Assembly (NCBI RefSeq): GCF_009914755.1
Contig: NC_060947.1
Length of the DNA: 64,000 nt
Reading direction: 5' to 3' (one strand)
DNA from: the human T2T-CHM13v2.0 reference genome, Homo sapiens
The position numbers and the translations under genes were made by a program. Of the stretch, positions 11,714-24,049 are shown one piece after another (the stretch's first letter is position 1; each line of letters begins with the position of its first letter). Below the pieces are notes generated by a model. It made no database searches, was not told the DNA's origin, and saw only the letters and a list, made by a program, of their open reading frames with translations.

Positions 11714-11830
11714 GGGTGGTCCGAGAAGCCCAGGATAGCCATCAGGGCCTGGAAATCCAACAGCTCCTTGAGTTCCATTACAGCCATCCAGACCAGGTGG
11801 GCCTCTGGGGCCTGGTTGTCCAGGGTGGCC
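11714..11830 (-). CDS. COL4A6: COL4A6 exon 6 (117 bp, [39 protein letters not shown]); 7S-domain Cys and N-glycosylation sequon
   Basis: ttgaacag|GGC CAC CCT ... CCA CCC|gtatgc; the GCNGT motif is conserved in type IV collagen 7S domains. Confidence 0.97.
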
Positions 11831-13059
11831 CTGTTCAAAGAGAAAAGAAGGGATCAAGTTAGCCAAAGGACTGTCAGCTATTCTAAATGGCTCCACAGCG
11901 AGAAAAGCCAAGCATGCTATTAAACTGTGGCTCCTTGTTCACTCCCTTAGCCCCATCATGTATGTTTGCATGTCTTTCCTTTATACTCAAGCATATGTGT
12001 CTAATCATAGCTCAATGTTGCCCCTCCCAAAAGGATGAATGCTTTAATAGGGACCAAGCTGAAACCAAAGGGATCAAGCATGAACAGATGGGATACACAA
12101 GGTCTTGCAACTTTACCTTCCTTGTATACAAAGATGTACTAAAATTGGGCTTAGCTGTCTGGCAGCTGAAGTGATACCAACAGGGAATCATGCCAGGCCT
12201 TGGGATTCCTCAGGCCAGACAGAACCTGAGCAGCCTGGCATGACATTCAGTATTGGAAGCTCTGCATGGGAAATGATGCTGGATTTTGGTTAACAGAGCA
12301 GAAGCAGTTCCCACAGCACCCCCTCTCCTGAAAGTTGCTTGGTCCAAAATAAGCAAGTCCTGCAAGAATCACATTTTCAATCTCATTTTATCATGCTCAC
12401 ACATCAGGCTATTGCTTCAGTTAGAAAACTGTATGTTTTCCTCTCCGTACTAACGACTGAGGCAGTTGTTTTGCTGGGGAATTAGTAATCATTCTCATAC
12501 AATTCATCTGAATTCAATAATTTTCCAGAGTTGGGCTTCCTTGGTACATAGAGTCTACCCTTTTGTAGATAATATACCTTTTTTAATTCATCAAAAGCCA
12601 ATTGTGTGTTGGGCATGGAGCAAAGAGATGACCAGAAAGACCAGAAATATAGACAGGTCAATAAAAGGTAGATGTCCCCCCTGCCGATGCAAACACACTT
12701 TAAAAGCCAAGTATATATATTTAATGATTTGAGAGAAACATGCTATATGTTCAAAAATGAACTTTTCAAATTATTAGAGGAAACAACCTTTTATCAAATT
12801 CTTATAGAGAAAATATTCTATAGAATTCTGTTTCATTTTCGTTGTTATTATAGTTGTAAGAGCTAGACACACTGTTAATACAAAAGTGTGAGTCTAGACT
12901 ACTGGACTCATGGAATGCGAAGTCCAGAGGAATGGTCAATAAACTTGTCTTTACAACAAAGTTGCTGCAATCTGTGCCTCTGCAGACTCAGGTGATGATT
13001 TTTAGTTGCACTGGGGAAGCTGATGCAGCTCACTAAAGTTTGCAACTTTTTATTAGTAA

Positions 13060-13545
13060 CTGGGATGGTTACTCTTGTTTGCCCTGAAGATCTACACTCT
13101 ATCTCCCTCAGATCTATGTCCTAGGAGCCTGGCCTCTATGGAGGCAACCTAGGCTCCCTTTCGTTCTGTCTTCCAGTTGTATTTGGCCACTGGGAGACAC
13201 AGACTGGAGAGATCAAAGCAGGACGAGAAAGACACAGGTTATTTATTTCTCCCATGCCCTCCCTCCTTGGCTATATTCCAAGGAAATGGACAAATTTTTC
13301 CATAGTCTTAGTTCCTATTCAGCAACAGCTTTTTCATGGTTCCAGATCTCAGAGGACTCCAGTAATTACCATTCCATTTTTTCCCCTTTCGGGTCTAGGG
13401 GTAGCTTTGAGTTAGTCGTTCCACCATCCATTGTTGTTTCCCTTAATCTTTCCCACATCTGTTAAATATAGCCTTCACTCAACTCTATTCAGTTAAACTC
13501 TTCAGGTGAAATGTCTGTTTCCTGCTGGGATCCTGATCACCACTA
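13060..13545 (+). mobile_element. LTR33-like ERVL solo LTR (old)
   Basis: tttggccactgggagacac...ggagagatc; end tctgtttcctgctgggatcctga. Confidence 0.6.
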
Positions 13546-13708
13546 TTATAAAATGTCCCAGCCAAACTTGCTAGGGGTTATCTCTCAGCTAGGTTACAGG
13601 GATAAATTGATGCAAAACAACAGGCTGGCTCAGTGCCAGGAGTCTTCCTCACTCCTGAGCCCTTGTTTCTGTTTGACACCAAAACCTTTGTCTGGATTCT
13701 TAACCTTT

Positions 13709-13776
13709 GGTATCCACATCTTTTACTTAGGCCTTATCCTTTTCTAGTTTTCTTGCCTGAACTCCTGATATTTCCT
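13709..13776. repeat. Left arm of a perfect 68-bp inverted repeat
   Basis: Exact reverse complement of 15449-15516, checked base by base. Confidence 0.97.
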
Positions 13777-13904
13777 ACCTGTAGGATTTCAGGGATACCT
13801 GTTTACACTTTCCTACCTTAGCTGAATTCTCTGGAAATAAATCTTTGACCTCTGACTCAGATCTATCAGCCCCTTTTCATCCAGCTGATACCAAGGAATG
13901 GGTA

Positions 13905-14120
13905 GACAAGGCATGTTTTGAGCCAGTTAGACTTGTGCTCCAATCCCACTGTTTCCCTTCCCCAGCTTGAGCCTCAGTTCCCTCATCTGTCAAATGGTGA
14001 TGACTAATACCTACCTTATAGAGTCATTGTCAGCATTAAAAGTGAATAATGCCTATTCCACTGGGTTATGGTTAAAATAAGTGAGACTAGGTTTACTAAG
14101 TAGGAGCTCAATAAATGGTC
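13905..14120 (+). mobile_element. MIR SINE
   Basis: gagcctcagttccctcatctgtcaaatgg...taatacctacctt...taggagctcaataaat. Confidence 0.7.
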
Positions 14121-15448
14121 TTCTCTCAGTCAAGTCAGCAAGGGTAAACCACAGGACTGAGCTCTACCTCCTCTCAGTTCTCAGAACCACAGAATTTCTG
14201 GCACATTGCCCTTCATTCTTATAGCTAATGATTTTACATATGTGTGTGCCAACCCTCCAAGAGCGTATAGCTCTTTGAGGGGGGAAACCACAGTTCTATA
14301 TTGCCTCAAGGGACTGAGCACATGGAATAGGAGGATCTGTTGTATTCCAGAAAAGCTAAAGCAATGTTCCTCAGAACCCAGTTTCAAAGGAAAAGTTTCC
14401 ATTTGGTGAGTGGTGTGTGTTCACTTTGAGGATATAAATCTCATGTGCTCATTTACAAGTCTCCAGGCAGGGAACTAGAGATTCAGGATTGACTCCATGG
14501 GGAAAGCTAAACATAAATTGCAAAGTGAAAATCTCTGCTCCCAACTGCCTTGAACTGAAAACATTTGATAAACACACATTTCTTGTGGATGCCAACAGGC
14601 CCAACTCACAGCTGGGATATCATTAAAAGCCACAGCCCTACTGTCCCTAGTCTATGTTGTTCTAATGTTGACTATCTTAGGAATGCTTGTTTGCTCACTC
14701 TCTTGATTAGTTGCTGTGCCCTTTAGTGCAAAGACTTAGGTTATCATGAAGTGACGACTAACCCACTCATGTTGAGATTGTCTACATGACAGCAAAAATG
14801 GAGTTTTGAGAACAAAGCTAGTGACACATATGTTAACAATCAGCTAATATTAAGAGGGGAAGCAGATGTGTGCAGTGATCCAGTTTAGTAAGATGTGTTG
14901 GGAAAGCTGTTGGTTTCAGCCAAATTGCTTAATATGTGTTACTGAAAGTTGAACAAAATAATCAGTCTGACTAGGCCTATGGTGTCTGTGCTTTTCTGTC
15001 TGGGGGAGCCCTGACAGTCTAAGAACTATTGCTAGGCACTAGAGGTTGGAGTCAGCCTCCACCGCAATATCTTTAGAGTGTTTACTCTATGCAGAGTTTG
15101 GTCATGGGCCTCTCAGGCTTCTGAGAGGAACGGAAGATATAATCTCTGCTTTCTAGGAGCTGGATGAGACTATCACAAAAAACTATCTATCACTAAGTCC
15201 CATAGGGCTGTAGGCTGTAGGTAGTGAGGCACTGGAGTATTTGAGACGGGTACCAATGACTCCTGGGAGATTAGAAATGGAAGGAAGAGGTAAGCACTGA
15301 ACAGAAGATGTTCAACAAATACTTCTTGAGAGGCTTCAAGAGAGAGAAACAACAAGAAAGTGGGATTTTATGGAGTAATGAGGTTTGGAGCCTGCAGCTA
15401 GGGCAATCAGAAGTCAAAAGAAAACACATACAATTTTTGGTCAAGGAA

Positions 15449-15516
15449 AGGAAATATCAGGAGTTCAGGCAAGAAAACTAGAAAAGGATAAGGCCTAAGT
15501 AAAAGATGTGGATACC
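15449..15516. repeat. Right arm of a perfect 68-bp inverted repeat
   Basis: aggaaatatcaggagttcaggcaagaaaactagaaaaggataaggcctaagtaaaagatgtggatacc = reverse complement of 13709-13776. Confidence 0.97.
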
Positions 15517-17299
15517 CCACAGGGAGTGGGGACTTCTACTGGGAGCAGTAAGCTCATTAAGAGGGGTCTGAACAGCTGCAACTCATTCTGCCAAGCAATG
15601 AAGCCTCGAAGAGAAGTGATCAACTCCTGCAAGCTCTAGGGCTCTCTTGGCCACAGGTTGGAGGCAAGAGTGTCCAGCTGGACTCTGGGGCCGTTTCCAG
15701 CTCAGAATTGGAAACAGCCTTAGCCTCACAGGATTCACTTCCTTCCAGCTCCCATTAAAACAAGACTGCAGGAGGAAGGGCATACTAAGACGGAAAGCTC
15801 CAAGTCCTCCACTCATCTCTGGCAAAGCCAGGTCCACAGGATGAATGGAAGAGGCTGCCTCCAGTTTGCTAGTTTCCCTTACCCAGTGGCTCCCAGAAGA
15901 TACACAGTCTGGGTGGAGACTCTGGCTAAAGGGGCATAGGAACACAGCCATAAGAAAATGTCAGGAGACATCACAAAAGGATGGCCAACCCTGTCCGCTT
16001 ATTTTCCCACTGGTCTATTTCTGGGCATTTTTGCAGACTCTGCAGTTGAATAAAATGCTGAAGTCTGATGGCCGATTTGTTGATACATGCAACAGATACG
16101 AGGTAAGTGAGCCTTCAGTTCTTCAAATTCATAAATTTCTACTACATCAGAGGAGACAATGAATCAGATGATACTATCTTTCAGGGCAGAGCCACATGAT
16201 TCCTCTGTATACCCAAGGTTGAGTGCTAACATACAGCAGGGGCACGTTAAATATCTATAGATTGGCAAAAAGAGATTTGAACCCCTTTTCCTGACATTAG
16301 ATTATTATTGAGTATAACACAAAAGCTGTTAATTATAGGGCCTCCAAAAACCATGCTTTGATAAGGTTCAGAACAATCTCTGAGAGGCTGTTGGAAGGAT
16401 AAAAGCAGGCTCTAGGACCTCCCACAAATGGAGGAGCTGCACTGTTTTTTTCTGTTCTATATGCTGAGATTCTGTTCTTCTATTAAACAAGATTGAAAAC
16501 TGCTGCTGTAGACAAACATAGCCCAGACTATGGCTTAAATATATAGAGAAGTGTCAAAGGGAAAAACTAAAAAAAGATAGCCAGTAAGTTCCAAATATTG
16601 TATTTTAAAGGCTGGTGCAATGCTACCATGGAATCACCAGTGGTGGGATAGGCACAGATACAGGATGAAAATAGAGAAACTAAGGGATTAGGCTGGGTGG
16701 ATGGAAAAAAGAAATGTCTGCAAGTTCCAAACCTTCCACTTCTCTTGGGCAGAGCAGAGGTCCACAGGACAAATTTTGCAAGAGGCTGCCTCCAAGTGAT
16801 CTTTGGAGTAGTCACTTTGTAAAAACTTTAAAGGAAAATTCACTCTGAAATGAGGTATGTCTGAAGAGAACAAATTACAAAATGGAATGTATCAAGATAT
16901 CATGAAGGATTTTACCCTCTAATTTCATGTACCATCTTAATTTCCCTATATGAGGATATATATCCTCTAATGTGGCTCTGTCTTTACACCTTAGAACCAG
17001 TTCCTCATCTCCAATCAAAGCTCCACTCAACCCACAAGACTTAACTCATGTTGGCTAAGATATTGATGTTATGGCTACACAGGTCCCTCCGCTCTCCAAT
17101 CATCCGACATAGGGCTGCTTGTGCCTGAATCCAAGGGCAATTGTGTGTGACCACTGCCCTTTAAACCTCACCATACATATCTCAACACTTGTTCCTGAGC
17201 ATGCTTGCATGAGACAGGATGTTGCTGAGGTCAAAGTGTCCAAAATATGAGGCAGAACCTAAAGGAGGATATGAAAAATTCATCTGTGGACACACTCAC

Positions 17300-17344
17300 C
17301 GGAATCCCATTGATGCCAAGAAAGCCAGGAACTCCCATGGGACC
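17300..17344 (-). CDS. COL4A6: COL4A6 exon 5 (45 bp, GPMGVPGFLGINGIP)
   Basis: cctttttttag|GGT CCC ATG ... ATT CCG|gtgagt. Confidence 0.97.
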
Positions 17345-17549
17345 CTAAAAAAAGGAGTAGGGAGAGGAATGTAAGACACAATCCAACTGATGTTTGTTAG
17401 ACTCAGTAGGTTTATGAGAGTCAATGGCCTACATTTTTAAGAAGTGTTTCGTACCCCCCTCCCCCTTGATTCCTACTGCAGTTCGAAGTGACCATTTACC
17501 TCTACCTAAGGCCTTAGACAGGTCTTTGTTCCGAAACCAGCTCTTTTTT

Positions 17550-18065
17550 TTAAGGGAGTATAGTCGAGGTTTTAAAATTAAGGCTTACTATTACCTGCTG
17601 CCATCTGGGGAAAACTGGAGAACCTTGAATGTCCTAATCACAAGTTTCCCTCTCCATTATGCTTCTACAGATAAGGTCCCCTAGCCGAACAACTCTCCTT
17701 ATCAAATGGACCAGGTGCAATTCCTGCTTATCCTGGAATAGCAGTTTCAATTTCTTGCTGGCCTACTGGACTATTCAAACAAGCCAATTGCATCCACCTT
17801 CAGGAACCAGGGGCACCCTGCCCTACTGATACTACAAAGTCTGCTTTGCACAGCCTTTTCTTCTAAACTCTGTTCCCAAGTGCTATCCCTATGTGGCCCT
17901 ATGTGGTGTGTGGTATCTTCCTCCCCTGAGCTGTGAGTATATGTGACTAATAAATTGCTGTCAACTTCATCTGCCCAGTGTCAGGTGTCATATCTTTAGT
18001 CATCCCCATGATCCTAGTGAGGGAATCGTTCCCTCACCAACAGGGCGAATAGAAGGTGATTAAAG
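17550..18065 (+). mobile_element. Old ERV solo LTR, family not assigned
   Basis: LTR-like layout: CCAAT (caagccaat), downstream AATAAA at about 17949 followed by a GT-rich U5-like segment. Confidence 0.5.
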
Positions 18066-18407
18066 TAGGCAGGGAACATAAACTGAGCTGCTGAACAGTC
18101 AGCCTGCCACCATGACATTATCACTCTCGTTTCTTGCAGCTCTTTCCCTATATTTGTGGCCTAGATTGCTTCTAAGCACTCTGACCCCTTTCTTCCCTGT
18201 ATCCTTGCTTGGATTCCTGATCTGTGCTGCCCAGGTGATTGGACTTCCGGTCCATGTACAGTTCAAACCCACCTGACTTCTTACCACAGTGAGCCCACTT
18301 GTTTAGCAAGCAGCTAATACATTTACTTTATGGTGTGCTTGCTATGGGAGTCCTTCCAGAAGTGGGCTGATCCATTGGCAGGCCATCACCCATCCCATCT
18401 CTTATTA

Positions 18408-18809
<402 letters not shown>

Positions 18810-18829
18810 TCAAGCTTTGCTGGTCTTAC

Positions 18830-18964
18830 CTTATCTCCTTTTGGTCCATAAGGTCCCAGAAGGCCTGGGAAACCCCTTTCTCCTTTCAATCCCGATAAAC
18901 CAGTAGAGCCAGTGAATCCTTGAGGACCTGTTGGGCCTTGAATTCCAATTGGTCCAGGTCGTCC
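18830..18964 (-). CDS. COL4A6: COL4A6 exon 4 (135 bp, GRPGPIGIQGPTGPQGFTGSTGLSGLKGERGFPGLLGPYGPKGDK)
   Basis: ccaccttag|GGA CGA CCT ... GAT AAG|gtaaga; 15 uninterrupted Gly-X-Y triplets. Confidence 0.97.
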
Positions 18965-20578
18965 CTAAGGTGGACAGAAGGAGTGCAATTAGTCAATAGA
19001 GGACTTAGCATTAATACTTCTCATTTTCCCACGCACAAAGAGCACTGTCATAACTTCACTGAATAATTTTGGCTAAGAGATCTGTGAGGCACGCCAAAGT
19101 TCCAGACACGGATCAGAAAAGGCTATTTTAGGGATTGCTAAGCTTATTTGGATAGAACACATTTTATAAGCACATTTAATAAGATTCATGTGCACCAAGA
19201 TCCTTCAACTTTGTACTTCTTAGGAAATCAGTTATTCAGGATGGATAATATTGTCCTCTTCCTAGTTAATGCCAGGCCATCCATCAGATTGTCAAAATAG
19301 TGAAAGAACAGAGCGCTGGAGAGCATCATGACATTTTATAACTCACGTCCAAATGGCCAACCATGTGCTTGCAGTGAAATCCAGAAATGGCTGTGGCTAA
19401 AGAACATTGCCCCAGGGGGCCAGAGTGGGCCCAGAAACCTACAGGCTGACAAACCTGCAAGAGCTCATCTTCGTTGGCAGATCCCAGGACTCCATCACTG
19501 CACCTAGTAGCAGACATTCACAGGGAAAACACACATACACATGCACATATACACACATGAATTGCTTATTTGTTCTTTCTTCCTATCCCTCTCTCCTCTC
19601 CTCTCCAATCTGTAAAGTGTTGAATGTGTAAAATACAAGAAGCCTAAGAATATCTATTAAGTATCAATTATGATAGCAAGAGGGAACAGCCTGAGGATTT
19701 TAAATGCCCTGCTTATAAAATGTCTGTAACAATTAAGTCTGAGAGTTCAGGCTGACATTTTAAAGTGGACTCAGACTGAGTATTAACCCTAGTGGGTGCA
19801 ACACAGGCAGGCTGGTCTATCATTTAGAACAAATCCCAGTAGGGACTGAATTTTCTTGGCAGAAAAATGAAAACCATTAGTAATATGCATTACCTCTCAG
19901 AGAGCACAACACCGTATCAGGTAGAAAGTCCATTTTCATAAATGCTTCCCATCTCCACCTCTTGGCCCCTTTACTGACTGTCCATCATTTCCTACAAATC
20001 TGTGAAAAACTTTGAAAAGAAGCCCATTAAGCATGCCCTTTACTGTTCACCTTCAAGGCTTACTTTTTAAAAGGCTGAAAATGGGACAGATGCCTTATGC
20101 TGTGGCTACAGTTAAGTACTGGAGATGCAAGTGGCCACCAGCTGTGATGATCCTTTGGAGTATAATTTTGAGTGTCAATCAGGCCCACGAAGACCTACGA
20201 CCCTTGCAAGGAAGTAAAAGATGCTCTGTCCAAGGAAATGCAGTTCTCTTGGGCACCACCTACCACTTAACCTTTTCCAATACCCAACATGTGGCCTACA
20301 AAAAATGATAGGTTGCAAACTGTTTAACAGGCTTCATTCTGGGAATGATGGGGGTGGAGTAAACTTTCAATTTTTAGGCTCCTACCTCCCATTGTTGGAA
20401 CTTTGTTTACAGTGGTTCTGTTATTTATTATTATTGGGATTTTCACAAAATCAATAAATATGTGTGTATATATGTATATGTGTGTATAATGCATATTAAT
20501 AATATAAAAAGAGCAGTACTTAAAAAATAGTGCTGGGGTGCTGTTGACAATGAGTAGGAGGTCGAAAGCATGGGCCTA

Positions 20579-20986
20579 CATCAATGATAGACTGGATAAA
20601 GAAAATGTGGCACATATACACCATGGAATACTATGCAGCTATAAGAAAAATGAGTTCACATCCTTTGCAGGGACATGGATGAAGCTGGAAACCATCATTC
20701 TCAGAAAACTAACACAGGAACAGAAAACCAAACGCTGCATGTTCTCACTCATACGTGGGAGTTGAACAATGACAACATATGGGCACAGGGAGGGGAACAT
20801 CACACATGCGGGCCTGTTGAGGGGTGGTGGGCAAGGGGAGGGATAGCACTGGGAGAAATACCTAATGTAAATGACGGGTTAATGGGTGCAGCAAACCACC
20901 ATGGCATATGTATACCTGTGTAACAAACCTGCACGTTCTGCACATGTATCCTAGAACTTGAAGTATAATTTTTTTAAAAAAAGAAA
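20579..20986 (+). mobile_element. 5'-truncated L1PA (about L1PA6-7) 3' end
   Basis: gactggataaagaaaatgtggcacatatacaccatggaatac...cctagaacttgaagtataat; TSD gaaagcatgggccta / gaaaatgtgggccta. Confidence 0.93.
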
Positions 20987-22458
20987 GAAAATGTGGGCCT
21001 AGGTTTCAAGACTAATGCATACAAAATCACAGCAAACAGTACAAATTTGGAACAGAGCCTAAGTGCTGTGGGAACATGAAAAAAGAGTTGGCAATGGAGG
21101 GTTTGTGGAAGGCTTACATTTTGCCCATGGCTGGGGGAAGTCATGGGCCGCACTGGAAAGGTTGATTGGAAAGGTTCCAGCTGAAGCGGGCCTGGAAAGC
21201 ACCGCAGAAAAGTCGAAGTCGTGATGTGGCAGGACACAGGGAACCCTCAGAGGTTTGGGAACAGGGGAGAGTTGGGAGAAGAGCGGTCTTTCAGGGCTGA
21301 AAGTCATCAAGAAGCATTCAGGATAACATGTGTATGTCAGAATGAGGCCAGGGCTGCCTGCCTGAGGCTGGGACAAGGGAGGCAGATAAGAAGCAGCTGT
21401 TGAGGAGGAGGGAGCTGCTTGATGGGAGAATGGAGGGCAGGATGGGCTTGCAGAGGCCATGTTATTACTAGCAGAGAGGATCCAGTCAGGGCACTGAATG
21501 CTTGACCCAAATCCAAGCCCTGACAAAAGTTTTCCCACATCAAGGGAAGGAAGGGGAAGAGGACAGTAAATCACTGAACAGCTACTGAGAGAGCAGGTTG
21601 TGATGTGGCCCAGTCCCATCCTGCTCACACCATTAGAGAGAAGAGTCCCAGCAGCACCCAGCATAGGCACAGGGACTGGCACCCTCTACCTCTGGTCTCT
21701 TACCTTTGCAAGCACATGCTTATCAGCAAGGGTAAGCAAGGAGACTTAGGAGGTAGGCAACTCGAGGGCTGGGCCTAACTGGAACTCTGATTCCATGTAG
21801 AAAAGACAGGGTCCCACAGCCTGCTTCCTTTCTCCTGGCTTGGTGGGCATGCAGAATTTCTTGACCCCTGTGTTCCAACAAGAGAGCTGAAAGGAACTCT
21901 CCTAAAGAACTCACATATATTTTTTAAATTCTAATTCTTTTTCCAAATAGAAGTTTGAAAAGGCACCCCCTAGAGGAACATGCACTTCTGGACTGGCCCC
22001 AGGTTCCAGCTTGGGTTGGCGGGCGTGCCAGCAGCTCAGTTTGAAACCTCTCACATTGAATCAAGGGCCAGAAGCAGGGCCTGTGGGAAGTTTCTAGGCT
22101 TCTGCTCATCCAGAACTGTCCCCTCAGCATGGTGTGAGGCTCTTATGGAGCCTGCAGTCATAGGATATGAGACAAAAAGCCTTCCCATCCATGGATGTCC
22201 TTTCATACACTGGCACAGAACACCGGGAACAAATGAAGGTGACTGAGAAAAAAAAGAGGCAGACCCATTTCTTCTGCGGGTTGTTTTGTCATCCAGATAC
22301 GCTTACTTTGTGCTTATAGCTGTATGATCTTTTTTCCTCATCTCTAATGCACAGGATTTCTGCCTCATTACCCATACAGCTAAAGCTTAATATTAACTAA
22401 ATCAGTGGTGAATTCCTTTCCTTTCCCACCCCGACACTATCAGCGACATTTTTCATAA

Positions 22459-22477
22459 TGGCCAGCAGAGGTCAGTG
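22459..22477 (+). promoter_or_regulatory. CTCF-like motif
   Basis: TGGCCAGCAGAGGTCAGTG resembles the CTCF core CCASYAGRKGGCRS with one core mismatch; motif match only. Confidence 0.35.
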
Positions 22478-22569
22478 TGAGAACATAGAGACTACAGATA
22501 AGCAGGTGGGTAGGTGGGCCTCTCCCTCTACAGAGAAAAAGAAATCAAACCAGTGTCAGAGAAGTCACA

Positions 22570-22715
22570 GAATGTTCGAGCAGGAAAGGCCCTTAGAGAC
22601 CATTCAATCCGGGCTTTATTTTATACATGGGGCGGGGGGCGGGGGGAAGGGGGAAGGCCGAGAGAAGAGGAAGGACTTGTTTAGGTCACGTAGCTAGTAG
22701 GAACGGCATGGAACT
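22570..22715 (-). mobile_element. MIR remnant carrying a G-run expansion
   Basis: ggaaaggcccttagagaccatt...ttttatacatg[G-runs]aaggccgagagaag..gacttgtttaggtcacgtagctagt. Confidence 0.6.
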
Positions 22716-24049
22716 AAACAGACCACCTGCTGCCAGTATGTGGCTGTTTCCCTGTTTGCCAGTGGCAGATGTCTTAGGGGGTCCTTGAGGCTGCCCCTCC
22801 ACTACCCTGGGCCCGCCCCTGGGACTGTCCCCATCAGTAGGCTGCAGCAGCCAGATGCTCACACATTATTTCTTTTTTCCTAACCCTGATCATTTCACAG
22901 AACCAATCTGAAACACCATCACTGTTTGGACAGCTAGCAGAATTTCAATGGGCTTGGACTAATGCCCTGTTCTGATACATGTCATTTATTTTGGCAAATA
23001 GACCCAGACAGGGCAGAAGGAACTCCTCCAAGTCTTTCCAATGAGCTCTCCTGCTTCCATCTGCTCAGGATTTTAAATATGCACATCAGGGTCTAATTCT
23101 CAAGGGAATGAGTTGGGACTTGTGCTTAAGGCCAGGAACCGCAGGTCTGCAACCACAGCCCAGGCTGGCTGCCTCCTGCCAACCACAGTGAGTTGGGATC
23201 AGTGTGAAGTTTAAGGTGGCCTCTGATCAGACCCAGATAACTAGGGTAAAAGACCCAGAAATGGGGCTGCCTATAAAGTAGTAGACATATGTAGATATAT
23301 CATCGAAGAATCTTAAAAGCATATGCCTCACACTAGACAGGACGGTGAAACTGGTGGAGGGGGCTGACTTTTCATAACTTAGTCCCTTTCTGCCTTTTTA
23401 TACCTCCGTTAAGGTTCCAGTGTTCTTCTCCCATAAAATTAACATTTGTTCCTGAGGAAGAATCTGAAACTCATTCCCACTGAGGCGTTAATGACTGACA
23501 ACTTAGAGCTTTGCTTTTCCCAGAGGGATTTGTAAAGCAAAGCATTAAGCTAGGGGATGCAAATGGTATTTATGAAGCAGGGAAGGGAGAAGGGTGTGCA
23601 CAGGCCTTCCTAAGGATCCAGTTGTATTGTAGAAGGTGATGCAGTGCTGTTAGGTACACTTTAAATGAAGTCTCCTTACTGCCAATTAAGTTATGTGACC
23701 TTGGGCAAGGGATATAACCATCTTGAGTATCAAGGGCTGAAGTGTAATAATAGCTCTTACGTTGGATTATTGTCAGCATTTAAATGAGTTAATACATATA
23801 AAACACCTGGCAGATAGAATGAAAGCATTAGTTCCCTTTTTCCTTTAGGCATCATTTATGGCAAAATGGAGAGTTTAGGATTGGGCACCAATGCTCCTTC
23901 TCTTAAGTTTCAGTTGGAGATGCACAGACATCATTGAGCGACCCTCTTTGGGGGCAGAGATGTGTGCTTGGGAATAGATGAGCATGTATGCCAGTACCCC
24001 ACATCTGTGAGAGCATTTCTCCTTTTACATAGCAATGGTGTCCTGGTTC

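Noticed and set aside
11549-11911. 120-aa ORF containing collagen sequence
   Set aside because: Only 11714-11830 is exon; the rest is intronic read-through.
13709-15516. 68-bp inverted repeat interpreted as TIRs of a DNA transposon
   Set aside because: No flanking TSD, no typical hAT/mariner terminal bases, and the interior holds an old MIR and no transposase. Kept as an unexplained inverted duplication instead.
21059-21682. 207-aa minus-strand ORF rich in Ser/Pro
   Set aside because: Non-ATG start, no recognisable domain, no Gly-X-Y; an open frame is expected by chance in this GC-richer, pyrimidine-skewed strand.
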